A stretch of DNA of 64,000 bases from Nitrososphaerota archaeon (lineage in GTDB: Archaea > Thermoproteota > Nitrososphaeria_A > Caldarchaeales > Caldarchaeaceae): contig JBEPYN010000002.1 of assembly GCA_041641305.1 (NCBI GenBank), forward strand, positions 192,001 through 256,000, written 5' to 3'. Positions 29,676 through 40,040 of this stretch are shown here, piece by piece (positions within the stretch are counted from its first letter, which is position 1; every line of letters starts with the position of its first letter). The position numbers were made by a program, and so were the translations under genes. Below the pieces are notes generated by a model, which saw nothing but the letters and a program-made list of their open reading frames with translations, was not told where the DNA came from and searched no databases.

Positions 29676-30686
29676 ACTGCTCGACCGCTTGGACAACGTC
29701 TGCCGCAGCTCAGTCAACGCTTTTCCCACACGCTCCCGTGAAAAATCAAACTCCCCGACAAGAAGCTCCGTCACCATATCCTCTGACGGCTCCCGCCAAT
29801 TCAGCACATAGTCATCAGTCACCTTCGGATGCAGGAAAAGCTGCCTAACAGCCTGTATATCGAACTCGACCTCCACCACACCGGCCTCCACAGCCTTCTC
29901 CAGCGAGCCATACTCCTTCACAATCTTCAACGCCGTCTTAGGGCCAACACCCTTGACCTGCGGAGAATAATCCGTCCCCACCAAAAGACCTATGTCTATC
30001 AGCTGCTCCCTCGTCAACCCAAGTGATGCAAGCAGCTTATCGAGATAGATTATCTCCGGCACCACCTCAACATACTCTTTCCGCCCAGGGAGTTTTCTCC
30101 GCCCCACGATGGAGAGGTTTCTGACAAGACGTGGAGAGCCGAAGAGAAGCGAATCCATGTCTTGGGAGCCGGCGGCGTAGACAGAGCCTTTGGCTGCCAT
30201 GTAAGCCGCCTGGGCCTCACCCTCCGACGGAGCCATCACATAGGGAACGCCCATGGCCCGTAGAAGGTCGGCGGCGCTCTCCACCATGTATTTCTCTAGG
30301 CTCGCGGCACGCTGAGCATAGCGTCGAGCCGCCTCTAAATCTCCCTCGGCCAAAGCCTCCTCATACAGCCTCCCAGCCTCTTCACGAGCGATCGCCCTCT
30401 TCTCAATCGTTCGGTACTTTTCCTCTGGGGGCCTACCGTCGAAAACATAGACGGGCAGCAGCCCCTCTTCAAGAAAGTTGATGGTTCTGAAGAAGAGGCC
30501 GCTCAAGTGGCTTGTAACCCTGCCTCGTCTATCCATCAGAGGCCTTCCATCGGGGCCACGGATGGTTGCGAGAAACTGGTAGAGAATGTTGTATGCGTCA
30601 AACGCGATGGCCTTACCCGACAACCTCTTCAAAGAAGTCTGCTCAACAGCCTCACTCGGAATGATGTCCCCAATCTTTACACCCAT
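29652..30686 (-). CDS. fen1: Flap endonuclease 1
   Basis: DAYNILYQFL, VFDG, SEGEAQA, SQDMD, C-terminal PIP-like SSLDAFF. Confidence 0.97.
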   Translation of the reverse strand: MGVKIGDIIPSEAVEQTSLKRLSGKAIAFDAYNILYQFLATIRGPDGRPLMDRRGRVTSHLSGLFFRTINFLEEGLLPVYVFDGRPPEEKYRTIEKRAIAREEAGRLYEEALAEGDLEAARRYAQRAASLEKYMVESAADLLRAMGVPYVMAPSEGEAQAAYMAAKGSVYAAGSQDMDSLLFGSPRLVRNLSIVGRRKLPGRKEYVEVVPEIIYLDKLLASLGLTREQLIDIGLLVGTDYSPQVKGVGPKTALKIVKEYGSLEKAVEAGVVEVEFDIQAVRQLFLHPKVTDDYVLNWREPSEDMVTELLVGEFDFSRERVGKALTELRQTLSKRSSSLDAFFGE

Positions 30687-30752
30687 CCCAGATAAACCAT
30701 TTCACAGATGATTGATAAACATAAATGAGACAGATAATCAACTAATCTGGTC

Positions 30753-31706
30753 ATGCGGGTTATTGTATACGCGGCGATACTTTTCCTAGTTGGATTAGGA
30801 TTGTTAAACGCTGCACAGACGCAGTCAGTCATCACCACAACAACCACGAGAGTTGTGACGATCAGTCCCACAACATACACAACGGTGATAACAGTCTCAG
30901 CCACAACAATTGTAGTGACCGTGGAAATTCCCGGCTACACAGTGTATGTCGCGGTCTATGAGCCAGACCAGACACGCACAATCACATTCACGGCACAGAG
31001 CCCGCCCAGCGTGGTCACAATCGCGTTCCCCGGAACAACGATAGCTTTTCCCGGCACAACATTCACCACTGTAGTCAACACACAGTCATACGCCACGACA
31101 AGGGTCTATGAAAGTGGTGGAACAATTGTCACCCGAACAGGATACGATATAGTAGAAGTTGCCACAATGGGTTTCACCGTGACTGTGCCAGCCTACGGAG
31201 TATTTGTAGAGAGATGCGGCACCATAACGATTACTGAAATTCTTACGTATGTTCTCGAATCTGTGCCCGCTACCATGAGACTTGGGATACAGGGTCTCAC
31301 GACAACAATACAGGGGACCACGACAACCTTCACTATACAGGGAGATATTCCGACCATTGATATGACAACAACCTACACAGAGGTGAGAAGCGGCACAACA
31401 TACACCGAGACAGAGACGCACACCGGAACCACATTCGCCACCACAGAGACTATCTCACAGACCGCAACCACGCAAACAATCGTCAGGCCCGGAACAACAA
31501 TCACCGAAACAATCACAACAGTGATAACTCTTCAGCAACAGACCACGCCAACACAAACAACAACGGTCCAGCAAACAACGCCACAGACAACAACGGCTCA
31601 AACACAGGCCCAAACAGGGCTGTCGGCAGCGGATATAGTGATACCGGTCGCGATAATAGTGGTTCTGCTGGCGGTTGTGGTTTTCGCTTTAAGACTCCGT
31701 CGATGA
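30753..31706 (+). CDS. Thr-rich cell-surface protein
   Basis: Signal peptide, very Thr-rich body, C-terminal TM followed by RLRR. Confidence 0.8.
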   Translation: MRVIVYAAILFLVGLGLLNAAQTQSVITTTTTRVVTISPTTYTTVITVSATTIVVTVEIPGYTVYVAVYEPDQTRTITFTAQSPPSVVTIAFPGTTIAFPGTTFTTVVNTQSYATTRVYESGGTIVTRTGYDIVEVATMGFTVTVPAYGVFVERCGTITITEILTYVLESVPATMRLGIQGLTTTIQGTTTTFTIQGDIPTIDMTTTYTEVRSGTTYTETETHTGTTFATTETISQTATTQTIVRPGTTITETITTVITLQQQTTPTQTTTVQQTTPQTTTAQTQAQTGLSAADIVIPVAIIVVLLAVVVFALRLRR

Positions 31707-31973
31707 GAGCTCCGCGGCCTGTGTCGCCTCTTCCTCCGCAGCCGCTGCCTGCTGCTTCTTCAGCTCAAGCTTCTTCAACGTCACCAAATAGCCGGCGATA
31801 CGGTTGGACAGCTTCTTCGAGAAACGCCCCTCCAAAACCTCTCTAACCAGCTTCTTGTTCTCCTCGAAGCTTGTAGAGACACGGTCGCCGTAGAGCTCGT
31901 TCACCGTCTTGGCCAAGGTCTTCACCTTACGCGTCCTAACCTTACCCAGAACAGCTTCACCTAAACCACCCAC
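31689..31973 (-). CDS. rps17e: 30S ribosomal protein S17e
   Basis: GKVRTRKVK...FEENKKLV...SKKLSNRIAGY. Confidence 0.95.
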   Translation of the reverse strand: MGGLGEAVLGKVRTRKVKTLAKTVNELYGDRVSTSFEENKKLVREVLEGRFSKKLSNRIAGYLVTLKKLELKKQQAAAAEEEATQAAELSSTES

Positions 31974-32093
31974 AGCAAATCCGGCGATTTAAAGCTAAAG
32001 CCGCAGCTCCTCCATCACCCAACCCGAAACAAGTTCCACACCAATCTATGCCGCAGGGTGTGTGATGTTTTGATATAGTGGCGGGTTTGTTGT

Positions 32094-33125
32094 TTGGCTG
32101 GGTTGAGTCGGGTGGTGGATGTTTTGCTTGTTTCTCCGACGGCGAGTGGGTTGGGAGGGGTGGCTAGGCATGTTTCTGGACTGGCTGCGAGGCTTGAGGC
32201 GGCCGGCTACCGGGTGGCCGTGGTCTCCTCCGAGAACACCCCTATTGTTAAAGTTAAGGGTTTGAAGAACCCTACTTTCATGTTATCCTCCATGTTTTCT
32301 GCTCTTTTCCGCAGGGCCTCTGTTGTCCACGCCCACAACGTGCCATCATGTCTCGCGATGAGAACGGCTTCTGCGGCTAGAAGGGTTTTGACCATGCATG
32401 GGGCTTATGCCGAGCAGGTGGGTTTTTTGCATGGCTCGTTGGTGGGCTGGGTTGCTTCACGGCTTGAGAAAACGGCTTTGAAATGGGCTGATGCGGTGAC
32501 CGCTGTTTCGAGGAAGACGGCTGAGTTTTATCGCTTGAGAGGCGTTGATGTGGTCTATATCCCTAACGCCGTAGACGTGGGGCTGCATGTCGAGGGAATT
32601 AGGCTTGGTCATCCTCAGGTTGTTTATGTTGGACGGTTGTCGCGTGAGAAAAACGTGGCCATGCTTGTGGAGGCTGCCCGCCGTTTGCAGGAGGCGAGGT
32701 TCGTGATCGTCGGCGACGGGCCTGAGAAGCCTTTTCTCGAGAAAGCTGCTCAGAATCTTTCCAACGTGGTTTTCACGGGAGCGGTTGAACATGAGAAGGC
32801 CCTGGGCTACATCGCCGGCTCCGACATCCTCGTCTTGCCATCGGTTGCAGAAGGTATGAGCACTGTTCTTCTCGAGGCGATGGCGCTGAAGACACCTGTC
32901 GTGGCTACAGCTGTTGGCGGGAACACGGAGCTTATCCAACATGGTGAAACAGGGTTGTTAGTCGACGCCGGCGACCCCGACCAACTCATAGAAGCAATAG
33001 CACATCTTCTAAACAACCCCGCCGAAGCGAAGCGTCTCGCAGAGAAAGCTTACCAAAACGTGGTTAACCAATTTTCCTGGGACGCGGTTTTTCCACAGTA
33101 TCTCAGGGTGTATGGGCTTGGATAA
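32094..33125 (+). CDS. GT4 glycosyltransferase
   Basis: GGVA, YVGRLSREK, EGMSTVLLEA (EX7E). Confidence 0.93.
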   Translation: MAGLSRVVDVLLVSPTASGLGGVARHVSGLAARLEAAGYRVAVVSSENTPIVKVKGLKNPTFMLSSMFSALFRRASVVHAHNVPSCLAMRTASAARRVLTMHGAYAEQVGFLHGSLVGWVASRLEKTALKWADAVTAVSRKTAEFYRLRGVDVVYIPNAVDVGLHVEGIRLGHPQVVYVGRLSREKNVAMLVEAARRLQEARFVIVGDGPEKPFLEKAAQNLSNVVFTGAVEHEKALGYIAGSDILVLPSVAEGMSTVLLEAMALKTPVVATAVGGNTELIQHGETGLLVDAGDPDQLIEAIAHLLNNPAEAKRLAEKAYQNVVNQFSWDAVFPQYLRVYGLG

Positions 33126-34032
33126 CGTGATGGTCACCGGTGGAGCCGGGTTCATCGGCGGCGTCCTTGTAAAGCATTTGCTGGAAAACGGGGTCCGTGT
33201 AAAGGTGGTCGACGACTTTTCGACGGGAAAATGGGAAAATCTCCCAACCTCCCCTGACCTGAAAGTGTTTGTCCACGACGTCGCGGCTCGACATGGGTTG
33301 GCCGAGTTTTTTGACAAGGTTGATGCCGTGGTTCATCTGGCAGCCATTCCATCGGTGCCCGCGTGTGAAAAGAATGTTCAGAGAGCGTTTGAGGTCAACG
33401 TCATGGGTCTGGAGAATGTTCTGGAGACATGTGTGAAGAGAGGTGTGAGTAAACTTGTTTTCACTTCTTCTGCGGCGGTTTACGGCGACGCCGAAGGCGT
33501 GTTGAGAGAGGACGCTGAGACACGGCCTTTTTCTGTCTATGGTTGGACAAAGCTAATCGGCGAAGAGATGCTCAGAAGCTTCGGCGAAAAACATGGCGTC
33601 GAGGCGGTGGCTCTACGGGTCTTCAACGTGTATGGGAGAAACAGCACGTCAGGGTTTCTCGGCGTCGTCGACCAATTCATAGCAGACGCAGCGTCAGGCA
33701 AACCCTTACACATACATGGAGACGGTGGACAGGTGCGGGACTTCATCCACGTAAACGACGTAGCCAAGGCAATACTCCTCGCTCTCGAAAAAACGCTGAA
33801 AAAATTTGAAACCATCAACATCGGCACAGGCCAGCCAACATCCATCAAGAGCCTCGCCGAAAAAGTTTTGACGGCCTTCGGACGCAGAGCTTCAGACATA
33901 GTATATGAACCAGCCCGCAGGGGCGACATCAGATACAGCGTCGCAGACATCTCCAAAGCACATCAGCTGCTTGGCTTCAGCCCCAAAACAACGCTGGACA
34001 CATACCTGGCGTCACGCGCCCCAGTACGTTGA
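33112..34032 (+). CDS. NAD-dependent nucleotide-sugar epimerase/dehydratase
   Basis: TGGAGFIG, SSAAVYG, YGWTK (YxxxK). Confidence 0.93.
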   Translation: MGLDNVMVTGGAGFIGGVLVKHLLENGVRVKVVDDFSTGKWENLPTSPDLKVFVHDVAARHGLAEFFDKVDAVVHLAAIPSVPACEKNVQRAFEVNVMGLENVLETCVKRGVSKLVFTSSAAVYGDAEGVLREDAETRPFSVYGWTKLIGEEMLRSFGEKHGVEAVALRVFNVYGRNSTSGFLGVVDQFIADAASGKPLHIHGDGGQVRDFIHVNDVAKAILLALEKTLKKFETINIGTGQPTSIKSLAEKVLTAFGRRASDIVYEPARRGDIRYSVADISKAHQLLGFSPKTTLDTYLASRAPVR

Positions 34033-34187
34033 TGCCATGACATAGTTGATTGGGGGCATAGCCAGAGTAAACAGTTTGTTGTGTCTTGTTTGGGGAGAAG
34101 ACATCAATACGCATGTTTTTCGGGATAGGTGTTTCAGATAAAAGCCATGTCTTTAAATTCTGGCCCGCTGCTCCACGGCCGTGGACG

Positions 34188-35171
34188 ATGTTGCGTGAGC
34201 AGCTTACACGTGATAAGCTTTTCAAAATGCTGCGTAAAATGATTGAGATTAGGTTGTTTGAGGAGCGTGTGGAGAAGCTTTATCGTGAGGGGCGGATTAT
34301 TGGGCCGACCCATCTATACTTTGGTCAGGAGGCTGTCGCCGTCGGTGTCATAGAGGCTCTGGACAAGGATGATGTGGTTATCTCAACCTACCGAGGGCAT
34401 GGACATGGGATAGCGCGTGGAGTTCCGATGAAAGCCATCCTCGGCGAGATATTGGGAAAAGCAGTTGGGACATGCAAGGGTTTGGGAGGCTCTATGCATG
34501 CACCCATCTCTGTGGAGCACAACATTCCGCTGGCCACAGCCATCGTGGGAAGCGGCATACCAATTGCCGTGGGCGTCGGCCTCGCCTTCAAGTACAGGGA
34601 GAAGAACAACGTCGCAACGGTCTTCTTTGGCGACGGCGCAGTCAACACAGGCGCTTTCCATGAGGCGCTCAACCTCGCGGCCGTTTGGAAGCTTCCCGTC
34701 CTGTTTGTCTGCGAAAACAACCTCTACGCCATGTACACATCGCTCAAAAACGTTCTCGCCGCCGAGAGCATAGCCGCGAGGGCCTCAAGCTACGGCATCC
34801 CATCCTACGTTGCGTTCGGCAACGACGTCCTCGAGGTCTATGAAACGACGTCTAAGGCTTTGGAGAAGATAAGAAACCAGTCAGGCCCAGCGTTTATAGA
34901 GTGTAGAACCTATAGGCAGAAGGGCCACGGCGGATACGACTTCGGCACATGGTATAGGGCTAAGGAGGAGATTGAGGAGTGGCTGCGCCGCGACCCGATA
35001 AACATGCTCGCTGAGAGGATGAAGGCCAACGGCCTCATTACCGACGAGGACCGGAAGAAAATAGAGGAGGAAGTGGCGGCGGAGCTCGACAAAGTCGTCG
35101 AGGAGGTGCTCAACTCACCCGTCTATGACTTCGAGAAACTTTCCTCGCTTGTTTACGCCAACCCGCCTTAG
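34188..35171 (+). CDS. 2-oxoacid/acetoin dehydrogenase E1 alpha
   Basis: GQEA, YRGHGH, GGSMH, GDGA...ENN TPP motif; start estimated at ATG 34188. Confidence 0.93.
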   Translation: MLREQLTRDKLFKMLRKMIEIRLFEERVEKLYREGRIIGPTHLYFGQEAVAVGVIEALDKDDVVISTYRGHGHGIARGVPMKAILGEILGKAVGTCKGLGGSMHAPISVEHNIPLATAIVGSGIPIAVGVGLAFKYREKNNVATVFFGDGAVNTGAFHEALNLAAVWKLPVLFVCENNLYAMYTSLKNVLAAESIAARASSYGIPSYVAFGNDVLEVYETTSKALEKIRNQSGPAFIECRTYRQKGHGGYDFGTWYRAKEEIEEWLRRDPINMLAERMKANGLITDEDRKKIEEEVAAELDKVVEEVLNSPVYDFEKLSSLVYANPP

Positions 35172-36179
35172 GTGAGTGGTTTGACGATGCGTGAGCTTAC
35201 CTATGTGGAGGCGTTGAACGAGGCGTTGCGTGAGGAGATGCGGCGTGACGACTCGGTCATAGTCTTCGGTGAAGAGGTGGCGGCGGCCGGCGGCGTCTAC
35301 AAAGTGACGAAAGACCTTTTGAAAGAGTTTGGGCCGAAAAGAGTGATGGACACCCCGATATCGGAGATAGCTATCGTGGGTGCGGCTATTGGAGCGGCGT
35401 TGAACGGTCTCAGGCCCGTGGCTGAGATAATGTTTTTCGACTTCGTCGGCATAGCTTTTGACCAGCTTGTCACACATGCTTCGAAGATGCGTTTCATGAG
35501 CGGTGGACAAGTTAAGCTCCCTCTCGTCGTCAGAACTCAGTACAGTCTGGGAAGGTCTTATGGCAGCCAGCATACACAGTTTTTGGCGGCGTCGCTTCTG
35601 CAGGCCCCGGGCCTCAAGATAGTTGCTCCCGCTACCCCCTATGACGCTAAGGGGTTGCTCAAATCCTCGATAAGGGATGATGACCCTGTGTTGTTCGTGG
35701 AGAGCGGCGCCCTTTACGTGAACAAAAGCTACTACGGCTACAAAGGCCCTGTTCCCGAGGAAGAATACCTGATACCTATTGGGAGAGCCGACGTCAAACG
35801 TGTTGGCGACGACGTTACCATAGTCGCTGTCTCACGAACCGTGTCCGAAGCCATGGCCGCCGCAAGCCAGCTCGAGGAAAAAGGCATCAAAGCCGAGGTC
35901 GTCGACCTCAGAACAATAATGCCGATGGACTATGAGACGATAATTAACTCAGTCAAGAAAACCAACAGACTGGTTATTGCGGAGGATAGTGTGAAGACGG
36001 GAGGGATATCAGCCGAGGTGGCGAGCCATGTCTGCGAATATGCTTTCGAGTATCTCGAGGCGCCTATTGTGAGGATTAACTCGCCGCCTATGCCTGCTCC
36101 TCAGGCGTATGAGCTGGAGAAGAAATTCATGGTGTCTGCTGAGAAGATTGTGGACGCCGTTACAAGGCTTGTGAAGTAG
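35172..36179 (+). CDS. 2-oxoacid/acetoin dehydrogenase E1 beta
   Basis: DTPISE, RPVAEIMF, DAKGLL, EVVDLRT. Confidence 0.93.
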   Translation: MSGLTMRELTYVEALNEALREEMRRDDSVIVFGEEVAAAGGVYKVTKDLLKEFGPKRVMDTPISEIAIVGAAIGAALNGLRPVAEIMFFDFVGIAFDQLVTHASKMRFMSGGQVKLPLVVRTQYSLGRSYGSQHTQFLAASLLQAPGLKIVAPATPYDAKGLLKSSIRDDDPVLFVESGALYVNKSYYGYKGPVPEEEYLIPIGRADVKRVGDDVTIVAVSRTVSEAMAAASQLEEKGIKAEVVDLRTIMPMDYETIINSVKKTNRLVIAEDSVKTGGISAEVASHVCEYAFEYLEAPIVRINSPPMPAPQAYELEKKFMVSAEKIVDAVTRLVK

Positions 36180-36183
36180 AGCA

Positions 36184-36432
36184 TTATTTGTCCACTTCTA
36201 TTTCAGCGATTGTTTCACCTACTTTCACTTCTTCGCCGACGTTGTGCAGTATTTTCGTTAATACGCCGTCTACCTCCGAAGTTATCTCGACGGCTGCTTT
36301 CTCGGTCTCCACGATAGCCACCACTTCTCCCCTACTCACACGGTCACCCACCTTCTTAACCCACTCACTTATCCGCCCAGACTCCATCGCCACATCAATA
36401 CGTGGAAGAACAACCTTGTAAACACCGGTCAT
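36184..36432 (-). CDS. Stand-alone lipoyl-carrier domain
   Basis: WVKKVGD...ETEKAAVEI...G.L..I; about 82 aa. Confidence 0.85.
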   Translation of the reverse strand: MTGVYKVVLPRIDVAMESGRISEWVKKVGDRVSRGEVVAIVETEKAAVEITSEVDGVLTKILHNVGEEVKVGETIAEIEVDK

Positions 36433-36552
36433 GAATGGCCTCATCCACATCTGCTTATAAACCATGTATGTTGCAGCGGGGTGAGAGGTTTAGGGGTTTT
36501 GTGGATGCGGCTTAAAATATAACTGCAGGATTTCTAGCACTAGGGATGGGGC

Positions 36553-37236
36553 ATGGTTCTGTCTGCCAAGATTTTCGAGATTAAGCAGCCGACTTCTTTC
36601 GATGAGATAGCGGCTAAGCTGCGTGATTTCAGGGTTGTTGAGCATCAGAAGCATGGTGATGTTGATTTTGAGCTTGTGACGGATGTTTCGAAGCTGGATT
36701 TGAGGGATGGGATGCTTTTCGGCCTTTTCTCACGTGATAAGGTGATTTATGTCAACCAGCGGGGCGAGGTTAAGCCCGTTCTCAAAACTATACAGGCCAC
36801 AGTCTTCTTCCACAATCAGAACAACAAAACCTATCTCACGGTTGTGCAGAACAAGCACTTCGCCAACTATGTCGCCAGCGTCCTGTCGCACCATCTTTTC
36901 CTCAACTACCGCAGCATAGTCGAGGCGCGGATACCTTCGGAGAACCTGCAGAGATACCATGAGGCAAACCCCGAGGCTACTAAGGTGATTTTCTTCGACA
37001 GCCTCGACTATCCCGGCGTGGATAAGGTGGCCCTCTACGGCCCCTCGCTAATCTCCACAGGAAAGTATGAAGAGTATCTGGCTCACGGCAAGATCTGGTA
37101 TCTTGTCTTCTCGGTGAAGGGCTCCAACGCCGTTTTGGGTGTGACGAGGAACTGTGTGGTAGTCTCCTTCTCACGGATGTCTGAGGCCCAGTTCATCGAA
37201 TATGTTGTAGCGAATGTTTTTCCTCTCATGGGTTAG
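36553..37236 (+). CDS. Hypothetical protein
   Basis: 227-aa ORF with typical codon usage; no motif recognised. Confidence 0.7.
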   Translation: MVLSAKIFEIKQPTSFDEIAAKLRDFRVVEHQKHGDVDFELVTDVSKLDLRDGMLFGLFSRDKVIYVNQRGEVKPVLKTIQATVFFHNQNNKTYLTVVQNKHFANYVASVLSHHLFLNYRSIVEARIPSENLQRYHEANPEATKVIFFDSLDYPGVDKVALYGPSLISTGKYEEYLAHGKIWYLVFSVKGSNAVLGVTRNCVVVSFSRMSEAQFIEYVVANVFPLMG

Positions 37237-37976
37237 ATTGCGGCGGCTGCCGCGGCTTCCGAGAGCTTTGTGTAAACTCTTTCCATGATGTGTGATGCGA
37301 GGGGCTCTGCTTTCGCGGGGTTGATTACGTAGAGTGTGAGGCGGAGTGTTACGTATGGGTCTTCTATCTTCTCGACGCGGACTTCGGGCGCTCTGTTGGG
37401 CGCCGCCTCTGCTTTGGCGATGTCTGTCCCGGTCTTAAGCAGGATTAGCTTGGCGTCTGGGATGCTTATTCTTCTGCCGTCAATCTTTATCCTCACAAAC
37501 AGCACACCTGCTCCCGATTTGGTGAAGTTGACTATTTTCTCGGAGAGCAATCTATCGTTGGGTATGTATAGTTTCCTGAGGTCTGAGGTTGTCAGAATTA
37601 TGTGTGTTGCCTTGACCTCAGTTACTCGTGCGACGCGGCCACCTATCGATACATAGTCGCCCTCACGTAGTACGCCGACGGCTTTCATGATGTCGCCGAG
37701 GGCCATGAGCTTGAGGGGCCTGAAGCATAGCGCGGTGAATAAAACTAGGCCCGCTCCAGCCGCGGCCGCCACCCATGTATCAGCCTGCTGAACAACCTTC
37801 GCCACCGCAATCAGGTAAGCCGAGACAAGGGCCCCAACCCGCAGCGCTCCACCAATCCGCTGAGACACAAGGTCGACGAGAGGCGCGAAAAACATTCTCA
37901 GCAGAAGAAAAAGTCCTACTGCCGAGGCTATCCAGAGAACCGTCTCCAAAATCGACGTGAGCTGGAGCTGTATCAT
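37233..37976 (-). CDS. MscS-family mechanosensitive channel
   Basis: 3 TMs, GDYVSIG...IPN..L...I.NFT. Confidence 0.8.
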   Translation of the reverse strand: MIQLQLTSILETVLWIASAVGLFLLLRMFFAPLVDLVSQRIGGALRVGALVSAYLIAVAKVVQQADTWVAAAAGAGLVLFTALCFRPLKLMALGDIMKAVGVLREGDYVSIGGRVARVTEVKATHIILTTSDLRKLYIPNDRLLSEKIVNFTKSGAGVLFVRIKIDGRRISIPDAKLILLKTGTDIAKAEAAPNRAPEVRVEKIEDPYVTLRLTLYVINPAKAEPLASHIMERVYTKLSEAAAAAAI

Positions 37977-38068
37977 GCGGTGGCCGTCGTGTAAGGGCCT
38001 GTTTTACGTTTTGCAAAGATGAGGGGAATTTAGTGTGCTGTGGTTGCTACGGAGCAGTTACCACGGTC

Positions 38069-38293
38069 TTACTTGTACATGTTTTCGAAGAGCTCGAGGC
38101 TGGGGTCCCGTCCCAGTTCAGAGGTTTTGATGAGCTTCGCGGTCGGTGACTTGGCTTTCTTGATGACGTAGACCACGGGTGTGCAGTATGGGCAGCGTGT
38201 GTCGGGGCCCTTCGTAAGCTTCTCCTTCTCAAAGACCCTGCCGCATTTTACGCACTGGTAAAGTGGCCGCGACTCGTAGAGCGGTTCCCCCAT
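38069..38293 (-). CDS. rpoP: RNA polymerase subunit P (Rpo12)
   Basis: Y.CVKCG...RCPYC zinc ribbon with basic tail. Confidence 0.7.
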   Translation of the reverse strand: MGEPLYESRPLYQCVKCGRVFEKEKLTKGPDTRCPYCTPVVYVIKKAKSPTAKLIKTSELGRDPSLELFENMYK

Positions 38294-38375
38294 CCGTCTG
38301 CACCTGCTACCCATGTCTTGTTTCCTGTAATTAAGTGTTCTCGCGTGATTTGCGGAAACGTATTTTAGCTTATAG

Positions 38376-40019
38376 TTGCTGTGGCTGGTTAGATTGAGGA
38401 GTTACGGGTTTTACGGAGTTGTATTCGTTTCGGGAGCGGTTGCGATGAGCTTGGAGATGGCTGCCAGCCGTCTTCTCGCGCCTGTTTTCGGCAACACGAT
38501 ATTTGTCTGGGGGAGCTTGATTGGAGTTGTTCTCGCGTCGCTGGCAATAGGATACAGACTGGGCGGTGTGCTGGCTGACCGTAGGCCGAGCATCAACATG
38601 CTTGCGGCGATAGCGTTTACCGGCGGGCTGCTCACCTTCGCCATACCCTTCTTCTCCCCCATGGTCCTCGAAGCAGCCGCAGCAGCCCGTCTCGACGAAA
38701 AAACTGGGCCACTCATAGCAACGGCCATTCTCCTCGCGCCTCCTACAATTCCCATGGGGATGGTTTCACCATACGCCGTCAAGCTTCTGGCTCAGACACG
38801 TGGGAAAGTAGGTGTCTCGGCTGGAGACATTTACTCGCTCTCGACGGTCGGCAGCATCGCCGGCACCTTCCTAACAGTCTTTGCGCTTCTCCCCAGCCTC
38901 GACGTCAGAACAGTTGTATTGGGGAGCGGCGCAGCACTCATGATAACTGCGGCGCTCTATCTCTCCAAGACGGTGAAGATATTCACGGCGCTGCTTCTGC
39001 TCATCGCGTTGACGCCCGTGGGCTACTTCGCACAGGGCTTGACCGCCGCCGGTGGAGAAGTTCTCTACAGCCGTGAAACCCTCTACAACAGCCTCGCAGT
39101 CGTCAAACAAGGCGACATAGTCACCCTCTACCTGAACGGGTTACCGCACAGCACCACCTCGGAGACAGACCCCGCTAAACTCATCTTCCCCTACACCCGC
39201 TTCTTCGAACTCGGCCTCGCCCTCAAACCAGACGCAGAAAAAACCCTCTTCATAGGAGGCGGAGGACTCAGCGGCCCAAAATACTTTCTCAAAAACTATC
39301 CAGATGTCAGAGTTGACGTTGTGGAGATAGATTCCGACGTCGTCGAGACAGCGCGGAGATTTTTCCACGTCCCCGAGGACAGTCGGCTGAGAATCTTCGT
39401 CGACGACGCACGGATGTTTCTCACAAAAACCGATGAGAAATACGATGTCTTCATAATGGATGCATACTCGAAAACCTATGTCCCGTTCCACCTAATGACT
39501 ATCGAGTTTTACCAGCTTCTCCGCCAGAAAATGACAGACGACGGGGTCTTGGTCGCCAACCTGATAGCGTCTCTCACCGGCGACACGTCGGAGATATTCT
39601 GGGCTCAGTACCGCACCGTTTCACAGGTTTTCCCCAAGCTCTACGTCTTCAAAGCCTCCGAAAGCGGTGGAAGCTTTGTCCAAAACCTGATACTGGTAGC
39701 CTGCGCATCTACAACATGTGACTTGGAACAGGCCGTCACACGTGTCAAGGACGAGTGGCTTGCTGAAAAAATCATGTCAAACAGGTGGACAACCATACCC
39801 GCTCTCGAGGAATACCCCGTTCTCACCGACTCATACGCACCCGTGGAGAGGATGATCAACCCCATAACAGGAAAACCCTACTCAATTGAGCTGGAGGATG
39901 CTGGAGTAACGCCGGCCACTCTAACCTACGTGGGCAGCAACGCCCTCTCACTAGCAACAATCATTCTAGCCATCTTCATTTGGCTCTTCGCCCTCGTTCA
40001 ACGCGTCATCCAGTTGTGA
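38376..40019 (+). CDS. Fused membrane domain / spermidine synthase-like protein
   Basis: N-terminal TMs (E..ASRLLAP.FG), IGGGG, VEID, DDAR, IMDAY. Confidence 0.85.
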   Translation: MLWLVRLRSYGFYGVVFVSGAVAMSLEMAASRLLAPVFGNTIFVWGSLIGVVLASLAIGYRLGGVLADRRPSINMLAAIAFTGGLLTFAIPFFSPMVLEAAAAARLDEKTGPLIATAILLAPPTIPMGMVSPYAVKLLAQTRGKVGVSAGDIYSLSTVGSIAGTFLTVFALLPSLDVRTVVLGSGAALMITAALYLSKTVKIFTALLLLIALTPVGYFAQGLTAAGGEVLYSRETLYNSLAVVKQGDIVTLYLNGLPHSTTSETDPAKLIFPYTRFFELGLALKPDAEKTLFIGGGGLSGPKYFLKNYPDVRVDVVEIDSDVVETARRFFHVPEDSRLRIFVDDARMFLTKTDEKYDVFIMDAYSKTYVPFHLMTIEFYQLLRQKMTDDGVLVANLIASLTGDTSEIFWAQYRTVSQVFPKLYVFKASESGGSFVQNLILVACASTTCDLEQAVTRVKDEWLAEKIMSNRWTTIPALEEYPVLTDSYAPVERMINPITGKPYSIELEDAGVTPATLTYVGSNALSLATIILAIFIWLFALVQRVIQL

Positions 40020-40040
40020 ATATGTTTAAAAACCTGGCTC

